A stretch of DNA of 62,229 nucleotides, the filler included, from Nemertoderma westbladi (lineage: Eukaryota; Animalia; Xenacoelomorpha): NCBI GenBank assembly GCA_032718475.1. It is 3 parts of 3 records of this genome, joined end to end, with 100 filler letters (N's around TTAATTAATTAA, not from the genome) between each part and the next. Parts side by side here need not be neighbours in the genome. Positions count along the whole stretch, not along the records: positions 1 to 16,140 come from JAUCBJ010006121.1; positions 16,241 to 43,817 come from JAUCBJ010001791.1; 1 more part is not named here. One strand, given 5' to 3'. The notes beneath the pieces are model-generated. The model was not told the DNA's origin. It made no database searches and saw nothing but the letters and a program-made list of their open reading frames with translations. Every line of letters starts with the position of its first letter. Within the stretch, counting starts at the first letter, position 1. Both the position numbers and the translations under genes were made by a program. Shown here piece after piece: positions 11,817 to 24,707 of the stretch.

Positions 11817-13088
11817 TCAATTTGCTGATTTAGGTATTTCTGGCAAGACAGTTGCAACACTGAGAATTGGTTGTTGAAAATCTTTAACGACGATAAAATC
11901 AGACATGATTTTGGATGTACTATGTTGTACGGCCGGTGTTTCGCCGTTTGCCGACAAACTAGGAAGTATTCGAGGTATATTTGTTTTCTTCTTTATGTAA
12001 CTTGGTGCACTTTTCTTAGTGATAGCAGATTGGGTTACCAATGTGGATAGGGTAGACAATGATGATCCTTCTAAGTCTCTTATTGTTAAATTAAGATTCT
12101 TAGAACTGCGTCGCGCCTTTAAACTCTTTAAACTTGGGAATAATTTTTTAAACGAATCATTATTTTCTTGGGATTTTTTCGTTACTTTCGCGTCCACATT
12201 ATTTGGATAAACGTAATTTCCTCCACTAACATCTGCCTCCATATTGTAATTAATTTTTTTCCTCTTCTTTTTACTTTTAATTTTCGAGTTAGGAACTTGT
12301 CTAGAAGTAACCCTAGCATGGGATTTATTGATAACAGTTTCTGTGAGGGATTTACATCTTTTTTTTACAACAATCACAGTTTCTGTGTCGGGATGTAGAG
12401 GGAGAGATTTGGTTTCCCTAACGGGAATATCAGTTTCTGGGGGTGATTTATTTCCCACAGCAACGTTATTAGTTTCTGGGGGTGATTTATTTCCCACAGC
12501 AACGTTATTAGTTTCTGGGGGTGATTTATTTTCCACAGCACCATCTTTAGTTACTGGGGGTGATTTCTTTTCCACAGCAACGTTATTAGTTTCTGGGGGT
12601 GATTTATTTTCCACAGCAACGTTATTAGTTTCTGGGGGTGATTTATTTTCCACTGCACCGTTATCAGTTACAGGGGGTGACACAGCACCATCTTTAGTTT
12701 CTGGGGGTGATTTCTTTTCCACAGCAACGTTATTAGTTTCTGGGGGTGATTTCTTTTCCACAGCAACGTTATTAGTTTCTGGGGGTGATTTATTTTCCAC
12801 TGCAACGTTATTAGTTTCTCGGGGTGATTTGCTTTCCGTAGCAACATTATGAGTATTTGGAGGTAATTTCTTTTCCACAACAACGACCTTAGTTTTCGGT
12901 TTATCAATATTTCCCGGAATCACCTCGGCATTAGTGGCATCAGTTCGATGAATTGGCTTTTTCTCAACAGCCTTTTTAACCTTCTTTTCTTTGTACTCCA
13001 ACTTATTCGGTACCTTGTTCTTTGTTTTCTTTGGATTGCGGTTTGAATCTTTTCTAATTTGTTTCTTGTTTTTACTGCCTTTTGCCAT
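11817..13088 (-). CDS. Lys-rich low-complexity protein with ~10 12-aa repeats (KSPPETNNVAVE), 423 aa, unknown function
   Basis: 1.27-kb ORF in AT-rich DNA from ATG 13088 (MAKGSKNKK), preceded by acceptor-like TTTATTTTGGACAG; 36-bp coding minisatellite at ~12430-12850. Confidence 0.6.
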   Translation of the reverse strand: MAKGSKNKKQIRKDSNRNPKKTKNKVPNKLEYKEKKVKKAVEKKPIHRTDATNAEVIPGNIDKPKTKVVVVEKKLPPNTHNVATESKSPRETNNVAVENKSPPETNNVAVEKKSPPETNNVAVEKKSPPETKDGAVSPPVTDNGAVENKSPPETNNVAVENKSPPETNNVAVEKKSPPVTKDGAVENKSPPETNNVAVGNKSPPETNNVAVGNKSPPETDIPVRETKSLPLHPDTETVIVVKKRCKSLTETVINKSHARVTSRQVPNSKIKSKKKRKKINYNMEADVSGGNYVYPNNVDAKVTKKSQENNDSFKKLFPSLKSLKARRSSKNLNLTIRDLEGSSLSTLSTLVTQSAITKKSAPSYIKKKTNIPRILPSLSANGETPAVQHSTSKIMSDFIVVKDFQQPILSVATVLPEIPKSAN

Positions 13089-13841
13089 GATACCTGTTGA
13101 TCTGTCCAAAATAAATACATACAGAAAGCGACAATAATGTATAATTCATTATATTTCCATAGAACTTGACATACGTACGTACGTATCGTAGTAGTAATAC
13201 AATTTACTGATTAATTAAACATTATTGAAATTAGTTTTGTTTAGCTTTAGGTTTTTAGGTTTTTTTAACATATTTTTGTCTTCAACGTTTCATTATCGCA
13301 TTTCTATTGTAACATTTATTACATTGGGGACCTTGAGGGCCTATTTCTTGGTTTAGCATAGATAATAATTTAATTGAATCTCCAAAATGTTTACTCGGTA
13401 CTGGTTCAGTATGCGTACACCCACCCCCCACCAAATTTTTTATACTAATTAGTTTTTGATAATTTCTTTTTTTGAAATGTTCTAAAACATGTTAGCTATT
13501 TGTTTATAAAATATAATGTTCTAGAACAAACATTTTCATTGTGGAACATCTTTTTAGAAAAAACTAAAGGTTTCTATTAAAATCTTATGTGTCCGTTATA
13601 TCAACAGTATTTATAATTTTTGATGATTCTCTGAAAACTTTATTATCTTAATTATATATACACTTGTGCTACTTTGTGCGTAGAAATCGTTGTGGGGTAC
13701 TATGTAGTACCATAGGCCCTATGTGTCTCAAATTTTAATGTATTAGCTTTTATTATTAGATGGCTTTTATCATCAGGTTTATATTTAACCTTCTGACACT
13801 AAGATGGTAGTTCCTATAGCTAGTAATTGTGATTTTGTGTT

Positions 13842-16140
13842 ATAGATAGATAGATTTATTTATATATTATGCAAACAATAGAAACCAATACATTAACTCA
13901 GTAAAATTATTAATATATAGTAAGTATTGTCCAACATAACATAAAGGATAACCCCTAAAGCTTTGCAGCTTATTTCCAAGGGGGTCCTTCAAGTTACTTG
14001 GTTACCAATACAAACTAAACTAACTAACTGTATATAGAATAATTATATAATTTAAACTAAATAAGATACAAGAAATACAAAATTGAACATTATTACTAAT
14101 TATTGCACATGCACCTATTTAATATTGAACTAAACTAAATACTGCTATATAAGAATTTGCACTGGTCTTGGAGATGGGATTTTACTGCAGACTTAAAGGC
14201 ATGTTCATTTTTAATATTTTTAATGTTATTCGGTAAGGAATTCCAATTCTTTATTCCATTAAAGAAAAACGTTTCGCTTTCAAAGGATATACAATTGGGA
14301 ACATAAAAATTTGATGTGCTGGCTCTGGTGCCGTATGAATGTGTATCACTCAGTTTGGTAAATTTTTGATTTAAGTATTTAGGGCAGTTATCATTGAAAA
14401 CTTTATGTACATGGTTGAGCCGAAGCTGCTTTACTCTACTCTCTATTTGAATTAAACCAGACTGATTAAAATCTTCAGGGGTTAAATGGTGACGTGGTTT
14501 ATAATCATTAATAAAACGTACTACCTTGTTTTGAGCTGTTTGCAACCTATTTTTGAGATTTTTAGTTAAGCCTTCATACCAAGATGAACTTGCATAGTCA
14601 ATATGACATTGAATTAAAGATGAAGAAAGCAACCTACGAGAATTAAAATTTAGGCTATTTTTATGTCGATAAAGAAACTTTAGTCTGCCATTAACTTTTG
14701 CAATAATATTTTTAACAATGCTTTCTCCGGATAAACTACAATCCAATTTGGAGCCTAAATATTTAACTTCTTTTTTATTTTCAATTTTGTGGCCGTTGCT
14801 AATTACTTCAAAGTTTCGGAACTTGTTTAATTTTCTTTTCGAGCCGAATAAAATATTTTCAGTTTTGCCGTAGTGAATTGAAAGCTTATTATCGATGAGC
14901 CATTCGTTGCAGGATTCTAGAACTTTGCCTAGTTTTTCACAAATTGTGTCCGGGTCCCTGTGAGAAAAGATTAATGCACTATCATCAGCGTATAATATTA
15001 GTTTAAAGTCCGGATCTATGCTACTAATCATATCATTTACGTAACATACAAACAGCAACGGCCCTAAGATGCTACCCTGCGGTACTCCACACTTAATTTT
15101 CTGAACTGAGGACTGAGTTTTATTTATATCTACAACTTGACCCCTATCTGATAAGTATGACCTGAACCAATTAATTGAGCCCACACCCATAAGATCTAGT
15201 TTTCCTAGTAATATTTCGTGATCAACCGTGTCAAAGGCCTTCTGTAAATCTAACATTACCATACCGGTATACAATCCCTTCGCGTTGTTACACCTAATAT
15301 TATCCGTCAAATTGATTAGACAACTATCTGTAGAGTAAGATTTACGGAAGCCAGATTGAAATTCGTATATTAAATTGAGTTTGTTAAGATGGAACTCTAG
15401 CTGAGTGTACACTGAACGTTCAAGAATTTTGGATACAATACTTAACACACTAATGGGCCTGTAATTACTGGTTTCTAATTTACTGTTCTTTTTAAATATT
15501 GGAACAACCTTCGCCAATTTAAGATCATCCGGGACTACATTTTCTAAAATTGAGTAGTTAATTATGTAAGTAATAGGAATCTTTAGCACTTCCGCACCAT
15601 CCTTAAGAAACCTTGCTGGAATCTGGTCCAGTCCAGTACTTTTAGATGACGAAATACTGACAAGATTTTTCAATACATAAGCTTCTGAGACAGGCTGTAA
15701 AAATAACTTTGGAGAATTCTTAACCTTTTCCGAGTAAAATTTGTTTAGTATTTCCGAATTTAGACTGTATTTATTTTTAGCAATTGGCAATTTTTGGACA
15801 AGATTCGAGGCTACATTAATGAAATAGTTATTGAATAAATTACTTATATAATCTTAGGCTCATGAATGAGCTCCCCGTTTTCCTGCAAGACTATATTCGA
15901 TTTTGAATTTGTGCTTTTATACCCTAAAGATTTTAATGTCGTCCAAAGTGATTTTGGATTATCCTTATTTTCATCAATTTTGTTGTACAAAAATTCGGAT
16001 TTCGCTTTTTTAATTTCACGCTGTACTAAGTTCCTTAACCTACAGTAATTATTATAATCAGTTAAAATACCATATTTTCTAAATCTATACAATAAGCAAT
16101 CCCTATCCTTTATAACCTTAAGAATATTAGCAGTCATCCA
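13842..16140 (-). mobile_element. L2-group (Crack/Daphne-like) LINE, RT plus 3' end, cut by assembly gap
   Basis: ORF 14135-15790 has NYRPISVL, QSGFR, DLQKAFDTV, GVPQGSILGP and YADD; upstream ORF 15844-16137 is frameshifted. 3' GGACCCCCTTGGAAATAAG motif and AATAAA(TCTA)n tail. Confidence 0.9.
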
Positions 16141-16240
16141 NNNNNNNNNNNNNNNNNNNNNNNNNNNNNNNNNNNNNNNNNNNNTTAATTAATTAANNNN
16201 NNNNNNNNNNNNNNNNNNNNNNNNNNNNNNNNNNNNNNNN
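16141..16240. other. Assembly gap with artificial TTAATTAATTAA linker
   Basis: N44-TTAATTAATTAA-N44, identical to the gap at 43818. Confidence 0.98.
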
Positions 16241-16888
16241 GTCAGATATGAGACCCATCACCCATATCTACTCTGGCGCACATGACCCACCATTGGCTGT
16301 GCAGCTCATCTTCTGGGTCATGCCCTGTACCCCTGCTGCCAGATGCAGGTCGCAGTGAAGTGAGAGTGGACATGAGAACACTCTACTCCTGACCAGCCAT
16401 TGGTATATCTCCATCTGCCTGGCCAGGCCATATACCCCTGCAGCCAAGTATATGGGTCCTTAATCCAGGACTAAGGGTTTCCTTATCCCAGAACGAAGGG
16501 GGTCCTAGTTACAGGACCAGATTTGCTCTAGTAAGGGGGTCTATGCAGCTACAGGTAGCACCTCCTTTACGCTGCATGGAGGTGGCAAGTTTTCTTGATC
16601 AATGACCTAGAATACCTGACCTGACAAAGCTCCTGACCAGGTCTTTGCATTTGGCTTGTCGGTACTTTCGTTGTTCTGTTTTCTATTTTATTATGTTATC
16701 GTTATTGTTCATATTTTAATTGCGTAAATTTTAGATGATTTGACGTCTAATAAAAAATTCAAATTCAAATTCCTACATTACAGCATTAAACTTTATGGTT
16801 TTAATCATTATTATTTCTTGCATGTCAAACTAAATCACCAGGTTCAGCGTACAGGGTGCCATTAATAAGTATTGACATTTGTCTGTAA

Positions 16889-17076
16889 GGCCGCGTTCAC
16901 ACTACCGAGTCAAAGTCAAAAGACAAAATGTAAAAAAAATAACAAGAAATTAATTTTTTTCTAGAACGCCATTATGTATTATATTAGGCCTATAATGTAT
17001 TATTATTTATTATTGCTAGCTAGCTATATTTATTTTCTTTTGACTTTGACTTTGACTCGGTAGTGTGAACGCGGCC
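16889..17076. mobile_element. PIF/Harbinger-like MITE (~190 bp)
   Basis: TIR GGCCGCGTTCACACTACCGAGTCAAAGTCAAA and its reverse complement; flanks TAA/TAT. Confidence 0.7.
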
Positions 17077-17455
17077 TATAGGCGAGTCAATCTAGCCGAA
17101 AAAGGGGGTCAACCCATAACAAATTCGCAATTCGTCCAAACCAGTTTTTTTTAATTCTACATTACCTTGTTAATACCCCCAAAAAAGTCTATAAAAATAT
17201 ATTATGCGGATGACCTTCAATTTCATGTTTATTTCCTTAGCAACATGGATTTTACATAGCAACAAGGGGTCTATTGGTGGGATTTTCTCCAAATTTGGTA
17301 CAGACAAACTTTACTCTAATGATTATCGATTGACAGAAGTATGCACTTCTATATAGTTACCAATTTAGTTTCCAGAGCAACTGTAATTTGCTAGATGCCA
17401 TGATTTGGGATTTGTATCATATATAAAATAACAATATAAAATATATTAAAATATG

Positions 17456-18600
17456 TTAAAAAAAAGGTGTACCCAAGCGGAGAGCTGCTCCCACCCGCAG
17501 CTGCTCATCACTGAGGCGAAGGCCTAGGGATGATACCGGCAGGGCCCTTAGCCAGTCCCCGGCGTGGTCTGCGGCGGCGACTAGGAGACGAGCCTTCTCT
17601 TTTGCTGATGAGGCTTTGGTGATCAGTTCATCCTGTCGTGATGAGCACAGCGGGGCATCCCATCCTTTCTGAATGGCGTGATTGATTGGTACAGGAAAAT
17701 CGGTAGGTAGTAGTTGCTTCGCAGCTATTAGGAGTGGGTTGGGGATGCTGGAGGGAACTGGGTAGTAGGGTGTTAAGCAGTGGGATGCACCCATGGCTGG
17801 AAGCCAGAAAGGCTGGTAAAGCTACGTCGCAGGTGCTTCAAACCCCCAGTCCGCCCAAAGATATTAGAAGGGAAGCCTGGGCCCAAGCAACGCCCCCAAT
17901 CCTAGTGTTGAGCACAATTTGGCAGCACTGCCGAATCTTATCATCTACAGACTTCAATCGAGGCGATCCAAAGGCGGGTGAACACCGCAGCACGTAAATC
18001 AACTTCGGAATGGCAAAGCAAAGTCTGAGTAGGTATAGGGCGTCATGCGCCGATAGAAGGTGGATGCGGTCGGCGAACCTAGAGAGGTCTGATTCCTTCT
18101 CTTCAAGGACCTTCTCCATGGCTGAATCTCCTAGGGGTAATCCAAGCAACAGCGCATCAGAAAAATCGATTGGTTTAATGCCTGGTGTGAATGCATCCAA
18201 CAGAGCTGTTGTCCCTTATTTCAGTTCTAAGGGAAAGTGCTTGCCAAAGATTAACTCACACTTGGATGCCTTGACCATAAGCCCTAGCTTTGCGGCCTCG
18301 TCTATGGCCCTCTTCAGGTCAGAAGCAACAACAGATGGTGTTCCACCCAAGGAACCGTCATCCAGGAACCACACGTTGAGGGGAGATTCTATGCTATCGA
18401 CAAGTTCGATTGTGTCGTTGCTGAAGAACAGAGAGGCTAGTGGGTCTCCCTGTTGCATACCATCATCAGAGGCAATTGTTGTCCCATTGTAGAATAGGAG
18501 AGAGGGTTGCGAATATGACTGATATGCCAGGTTGTATAGTGGTGGGAGGTTAGGACACCGGCAGCATTATTAATGCAGCTGCTTCCAGCATGCCCATTAT
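17456..18600 (-). mobile_element. Degraded CRE-like non-LTR retrotransposon RT fragment
   Basis: Frameshifted pieces QQGDPLASLFF, WFLDDGSLGG, QASL..LGGLG and GDWLRALPVSSLGLRL...LRLG. Confidence 0.75.
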
Positions 18601-19488
18601 AGATAGATAATTGAAACCTGAAAAAGGCGGACAGTCCAATCACTACTAAATAGCATTGCTTTAATACGTTTCTGATTGGTCAGACTATTATCTATGTTTT
18701 TTGTGCATATGTCCAGTCCACCTTTTTCAAACACACATCTTATTCTCAATTATGTAACTAAGAAAGATAAACTTGAAAAAGGTGGACAGACCAATTGCTA
18801 CAAACTGCTTTGCATAATACGTTTCTGATTGGTCTGTCCGTTGTCCATGTTTTCTGCGTCCAGTCCACCCTTTTAAAACACCCTTGGGGTTGGTGGTTTA
18901 TGCAAATGCAGTTTAATTTTTGACCGTTTAATTTTTCTTTCGTTCACAGTAAAAAGACAGTACATATTGTCGGTACTATACTGTAGGTACTGTAACCTGA
19001 GCTACTGTACAGTCATTACGTCAGCAAACGTCATTGGGCAGTTGGGATAGCTTTAATTATGGTAATCTTGTGAAAATTCATAAGAATTCAAATATCGTGC
19101 CATGTGCCATGATTGCTCATATTTTAGGTACTGTAGTGTATTGTTGATATAAATAAATGGACACAAAACGATCATTATTGAATGTGTTGGTTCATATTTA
19201 ATTTCGTTCAGCCACTGTAGTGATTAAAGTTATTACATTATTTTAAAATTTCAAATTGGGGTATTTCACTGGTAATGTCGGCATGTTGTACCTATCTAAA
19301 CATTGTCTCATAGAGTCATAGATTATTACATCATGGGTGAAAACTGAATAAGTTAACGATATGTCAATGTTCAATGTCTTTGGTGAATCTCTTGTTTATG
19401 TCTTCCTGGGGTGAGTCAATGGCCGGAAATGACCGTAAACACAAAATAAATTTTAGTGGGTTTTAAAAATTGGTTCTAAAAAACTAGA

Positions 19489-20106
19489 CCAAGCAGCAGC
19501 TTGGTCTAGTGGTGACATTACTGTGCTTCCGATTAGGGAGCCCGGGTTCGATCCCTAGATGGGGCAGAACTGTTTGGGCACAGTGCTTTAAATACTGCAG
19601 CCTAGTCCAACCCCGGCTTTCATCCTTCAGTGGTCAATAAACAGTCGGGGAGAAGTTCTATTTTCAACTGAGTTGTTCAACTTTATTTTTTAAAATTAAA
19701 CTTTTCTTAAAATTCAACTTTTGGAGTAGCTTTGGAGATACTGAAATATGGCATTGGAATCCATTTTAAAAAAAGTATTCCCGACGGTGAAAGTTTTTAT
19801 TCCATCGGTAATGAAGGTTAATTTTTCGAGTTACGTCAATAAAAACAATAAATACACTCCTTCTGTGACGTCTTGGGACCCTTCTGCGCCTCCTTCAATT
19901 TTAGAGTTGAATTTACAACTTAAAAGTTGAATTTTTAAAAAAAAGTTTTAAATTTCAACACAGTTGAAATTTGACCTTCTCCTCGATTGATAAATGGGAA
20001 CCAAGGCAACTTGGGAAACAGAGTGGAAGGGTTTACTGTGGATGATCACCCATGGTGGTGAACAGGCATTCCTTGGCTTAACGAGCCTAAAAGATTCTCC
20101 CATTCA
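19489..20106 (+). mobile_element. tRNA-derived SINE (Nin/Deu-like core) interrupted by a MITE
   Basis: A box TGGTCTAGTGG, B box GGTTCGATCCC, core CTTTCATCCTTCAGTGGTC-ATAAATGGGAACC. Uninterrupted copy at 35650-35919 (-). Confidence 0.85.
19642..19989. mobile_element. MITE (348 bp) with 5-bp TSD ATAAA
   Basis: Imperfect TIR CAGTCGGGGAGAAGTTC / GACCTTCTCCTCGATTG; the empty site is defined by the SINE copy at 35650-35919. Confidence 0.85.
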
Positions 20107-21511
20107 AAAATTGGTTTAATTTAATTAAAAACATTAAGGGAAAGGAGCAAGCTACAGTGGCGGGGGCGGCTTTCTCTAACCAAAACAATAAACTATACAT
20201 TATTTAACTTGTGGTCAATTTGCGCTGAAGATCACTATTTTCACTTGCCGTCAAAGTGCGCCATTATCTGCCTGGGGTATGTGTGTACATATGTTCTAGA
20301 AGAATACTGTAAACATGGCCTGATCCATCCAGAAGGGGGGGGGGGGGGGGGGGGGGATTGGTTCTGTACCTTTTCACCTTTTCATAAATTTATTGATAAT
20401 AATTTAACATTGAGACGAGATATTAATTCACCGAGATGGGATAATTTTGAGTAATTTTTAAACTAGGCCTATAACAGTATAATACTTTAAATAATAGTGA
20501 AAAATTTATTAAATAGGTTTTTTACTAAATCCTGAAATCTGCTGACTGGCTGACTAATTCTGTAATTAAATTACCAGTAATATTTATTATAAGTTGATAT
20601 TATTAAATTTCTGTAGGCCTACCGGTACCTACTGACCTATATCAGTATATCAGTATATAGGACGAATATATACTGATATTGATATAGGCCTACTGTATAC
20701 AGCACGAAATCAACGCCCGAAAGTTCGAGCCTCGACGTCGATGATTTACTAACATTTTCTTACTGGCATTATTTATTAGGCTAATCAAACACAAACCAAG
20801 CAGCCAAGTCAGCAAGTAGCCTAGGCATACACCATTACGATTACAATCTATTTAGATGCTAATGGTTTCAATAGCAGAATATTGATTTAAAGACTTTTAA
20901 TCTTTAAAATGTATAATAATCTGTAAAGTTGGTGGTCACTTTTCAGACCGTACTAGGGATCGACCGAATTATTCGGTTCGGTACCGGTACCGAATTTTGC
21001 CGAATATGGCAGTCGGTGAGAAGTCAAAAATTGGACTTCAAGTCCAATTTTAGACTTCAAGTCCAATTTTGGACTACAAAGTCCAATATTGGACTTTAGT
21101 ACAACCCCAAGTGTACCCATGCTGCCAACCTGTATATCGGTATTTAAATCAAAACTGCATCCCGTATCAGTACATATATATTACATAATTACAATGCAAC
21201 ATTATTTTAATGATCAAATTAATTATTAGGCCTATATGTATTATAAACAGGGATCGCACACGTACAGTCAGACATCAGTAGTGACAGGCATCATCATTTT
21301 GCGGTAGTGGCATAGCTTTGCGGTAGCCTTACAGCCTTAGCTGTGTATACCGCAGTAGCGTAGTTGAGTTATAGTATAGCTGTATAGTTCATTCATACCC
21401 ATACTGCCATACCTGTGGTATTTTCATATGGCAAAAATAAGACTACTGTAAAGGTAAACTGTAACCTATTATGTTATTGAGTTAATGTTTATTGACTAAT
21501 TGTTTTGATTA

Positions 21512-21961
21512 GGTTCACTGTGTCAAGTACAATGCACACATCCTGACATCTGCAATGCGCCTACAATGCATCTCCAACCAGACACTATATAGTAACATTG
21601 GAGTTGGAGGTGTCTCATTCAGTCATTGGTTCCCCCAAGCTTGACACTAGAACAAAGCCGCCTCCGCTTTGCAGGATATCGCTTTAAGCCGTGAGGACCA
21701 GCCAGTGCACCTCATGGAGTGAATAAGCATGGTGGACAGCCCATGACTTTCTTGAGACGCATCTTTCTTACTGTCTTAAAGGACACTGGCCTTGAAGATG
21801 CGGATGATCTAGCAACTGTCATGGGTGATAAGGCTGTAAGAGTGTAAGGGAGTTGTGGAGGCGCACTTTTGTCAACAAGCCGGCACAGCATTCTTAATAC
21901 ATAATAGGGCCTATATATATAATGCAGCTGCAATGATTCATGCCGATTGTAGTAGTAGTAT
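21512..21961 (+). mobile_element. RTE LINE 3' fragment with many small insertions
   Basis: Aligns to 42845-43216 and 59178-59540; (TAG)n tail. Confidence 0.85.
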
Positions 21962-23751
21962 GTGGTGAGGTTATAGGGCTCCTTCAATTGGTAAAGTCAA
22001 AAGTGGCCGTTTATTGTTTTAGTTAGAAAAGCCTGCCTCTGTAACCTGTTCCTTTCCCTCAATTGGTTTATGATTATGATGTGTGTTACTTGTTACTTCT
22101 GTACTTAATTATTATGTGGAGACCCCAACACGTTAATCAGTTACTAATCCATTTCATTATCCTGTTATCCAGCCGTTTTATAATACCCTTCCTGTTGTAT
22201 GGAAAAATTAGAAGAGATGGTGGTAGCATCAACTCTTGTAGTATTTCTTTCTGATAGGGCTCCCATAGCCTTAGACGAAATCGTAGCTTGTACTGTAGTT
22301 AGCCTTAGCAGCAGCTGCAGTTGGCTAACCTGGCATTGCTACTGTACCAGTATCCACCAAATATAATTTTTAATTAAATATTTGTTGGAGCATAATCTAA
22401 TCTAGTCCTAAAGACACTATAAAGTCCTGGCTCCTGGGTACATAAGGCTGTAAGGTTAGACATAACATGAATGTAAATTGTAAACTAAACAATATGGTAA
22501 AAGTAAAGTACAAAGTACCTAGAATGCTAGAATGTACCATTATATTCTAAGTACAGTACAGTCAGTACACTGAAGAGAAGATACATACAGAGCTGCAAAG
22601 GTAACTTTCCATAACTTAACAGCTGTCTGGCTGTCTCTCATCTGTCATGCTTCATGTACCTTTAAGTTCGATTCTCAATGTCACGTCCAAAATTGGACTT
22701 AAAGTCAAATATTGGACTTTTGTAAAAATTCAAAGCCTTATAAAAAAAGTTCCCCCTGGTGAATTTCAGGTCCCCCTGTTTAAAACTCGTATTTTTTGAT
22801 ATATTTTCGATTAAAGAAAAAAAATCCCGCCCGATCCAATTACCCAAGCACCTGTCGGTTTGTGTCTTTTGTTGTTGGTGGTATGCGAAAGGCAGAAAGG
22901 TGTCGGTGGTTGTCGGTGGCGTATTTAGTCAAACCCATTGCAAATTACTACTGTCAGACGGTCTGACGGTAGACGCAACATCAGAACATATCTGTAAGAA
23001 ATTAAATATAATGAATCCTGGAATCTGATGTATTATTGTATATAGCAGTATACAGTAGGATGGTAGGATAAGACAGTTTGCACTGTTGCAACTGTGGTTT
23101 TTGCCTTATTTTATAATATGTATAACATATGATTATTGATTAGGCCTAATGTTAGGCGAAGTACCGTACTGAGTTCAAATCTCAGTCGCCGACATACTTT
23201 TTTGAAATGACATTTTTAGCACTCAATCGTAACTTTTTTGGTTTTTTAGTGGAATTTCTTAAACTTTAGGCCTACTACATGTGTTGAAAAATTGAAATAG
23301 CACTGGCGTAGAAAAGGTTTGCACCTTAGGCTGTTAGGGTACCACTGCAGCCATTTACTGCTGTCATGCCAGCATACTGCACTGCAGTACTGGTACACAT
23401 ACGGTAGGCTACATACAGTACACACCTCTACCACAGTTAGACAGTTAGGCTAATGAGTTAGGTACTGTAGGTAATTTTTAGCCGTCAGCGTCAGGCCGTT
23501 TGTCTGTCTGTCTGTGATAAATTAATTACTTAAATTTTAAATTGAAAATTCGTAAATCTATAAATTATGAAATTAATTAGACCTACAGTATGATTGATTA
23601 TGAGCGATTAGCGAACGATAACCATAATTTTTTTTTTTTTAAATAAATAATTAAATTTTTGAAAAACTCCGGCTCCGGCTCCGGCCAAATTGTCCAACTC
23701 CGGCTCCGGCCAAATCCCAACTCCGATCGAGCCCTAATCCCTACTATCTGA

Positions 23752-24707
23752 CTATCGGCGGTCTGACGAATCTGTACAAAAAGGTACAAAATAGTACGGT
23801 ATAATATAGTACAAAAGAGTACAAAAGAGTAGGCCTACAATAAAGTGCAAAAATAGTACAAAAGAGTGCAAAAATTGTACAAAAGAGTACAAACGAGTGA
23901 GAAACGCATACAAAACGTGTATACCAGTATAGTCTACACAACACTAAACTTGTATTTGTATATATAAATATAATTAATTGTAAGCAAATGCAACGGGACC
24001 GAAATATGCGCCGCTACAGTGTCAATCACTAGCGGCCTTGGTTCTGTGGTCAGTATGAAATGATTGACAGAACTTTGATTAATGTAGATTTTGACTGGCT
24101 TACAATTAGAAATAGGCTACAGTTCGTATAATACAATATAATGCAATACTATGCAGTGGGTAGATAAAACTCCTATAACTGAGACTCAAAATTTAGGTCA
24201 GTCTTAAAGTACTGAAGTAGCCCATATACTAAAGGATAGACTGTATGCTACCTTACATTACTGCATTATGTAGGCTATATATGTCTGTATGTATGTACGC
24301 CTCTATCTGCAACTCTATTGAGTTCTCCCTTTGCAATTTTGCGGGCTTGGGACCGTATTTTGTGTTTTTTTGATCACAAAAGGCTGCATTAAAACTCATA
24401 AGATTGTATTGTAATAGGGGCCTACTCTCTGACTGCTAGACAGCTAGATCAGCCCCCGCTCAATGCATGGCTCGCCCCACAATCAGACAATGCTTTGTTT
24501 TATTTTGCACATCATGTGCGCCCCTCTAAACGATTTGAACTACACTTGAATACACGTTTTGTAAGCGTTTCTCACTCGTTTGTACTCTTTTGTACTATTA
24601 TTGCACTCTTTTGTACTATTTTTGCACTTTATTGTACTCTTTTGTATTCTTTTGTACTATATTGTACTATTTTGTACTTTTTTGTACAAATTCGTCGGAC
24701 CCACTAT
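23752..24707. mobile_element. Non-autonomous element with ~180-bp inverted arms built of GTACAAAA repeats
   Basis: 23760-23922 is the reverse complement of ~24550-24700. Confidence 0.8.

Noticed and set aside
16185-16196. TTAATTAATTAA island within Ns (also 43862-43873)
   Set aside because: Scaffolding linker with stops in all six frames; adjacency across these gaps is uncertain.
16241-16771. Possible LINE 3' end with (AAATTC)n tail
   Set aside because: Too degraded to support a family call.
19492-19565. tRNA gene (also ~35845-35915, ~45845-45940, 60609-60652)
   Set aside because: A/B boxes continue into shared SINE bodies or are fragmentary; no clean cloverleaf.
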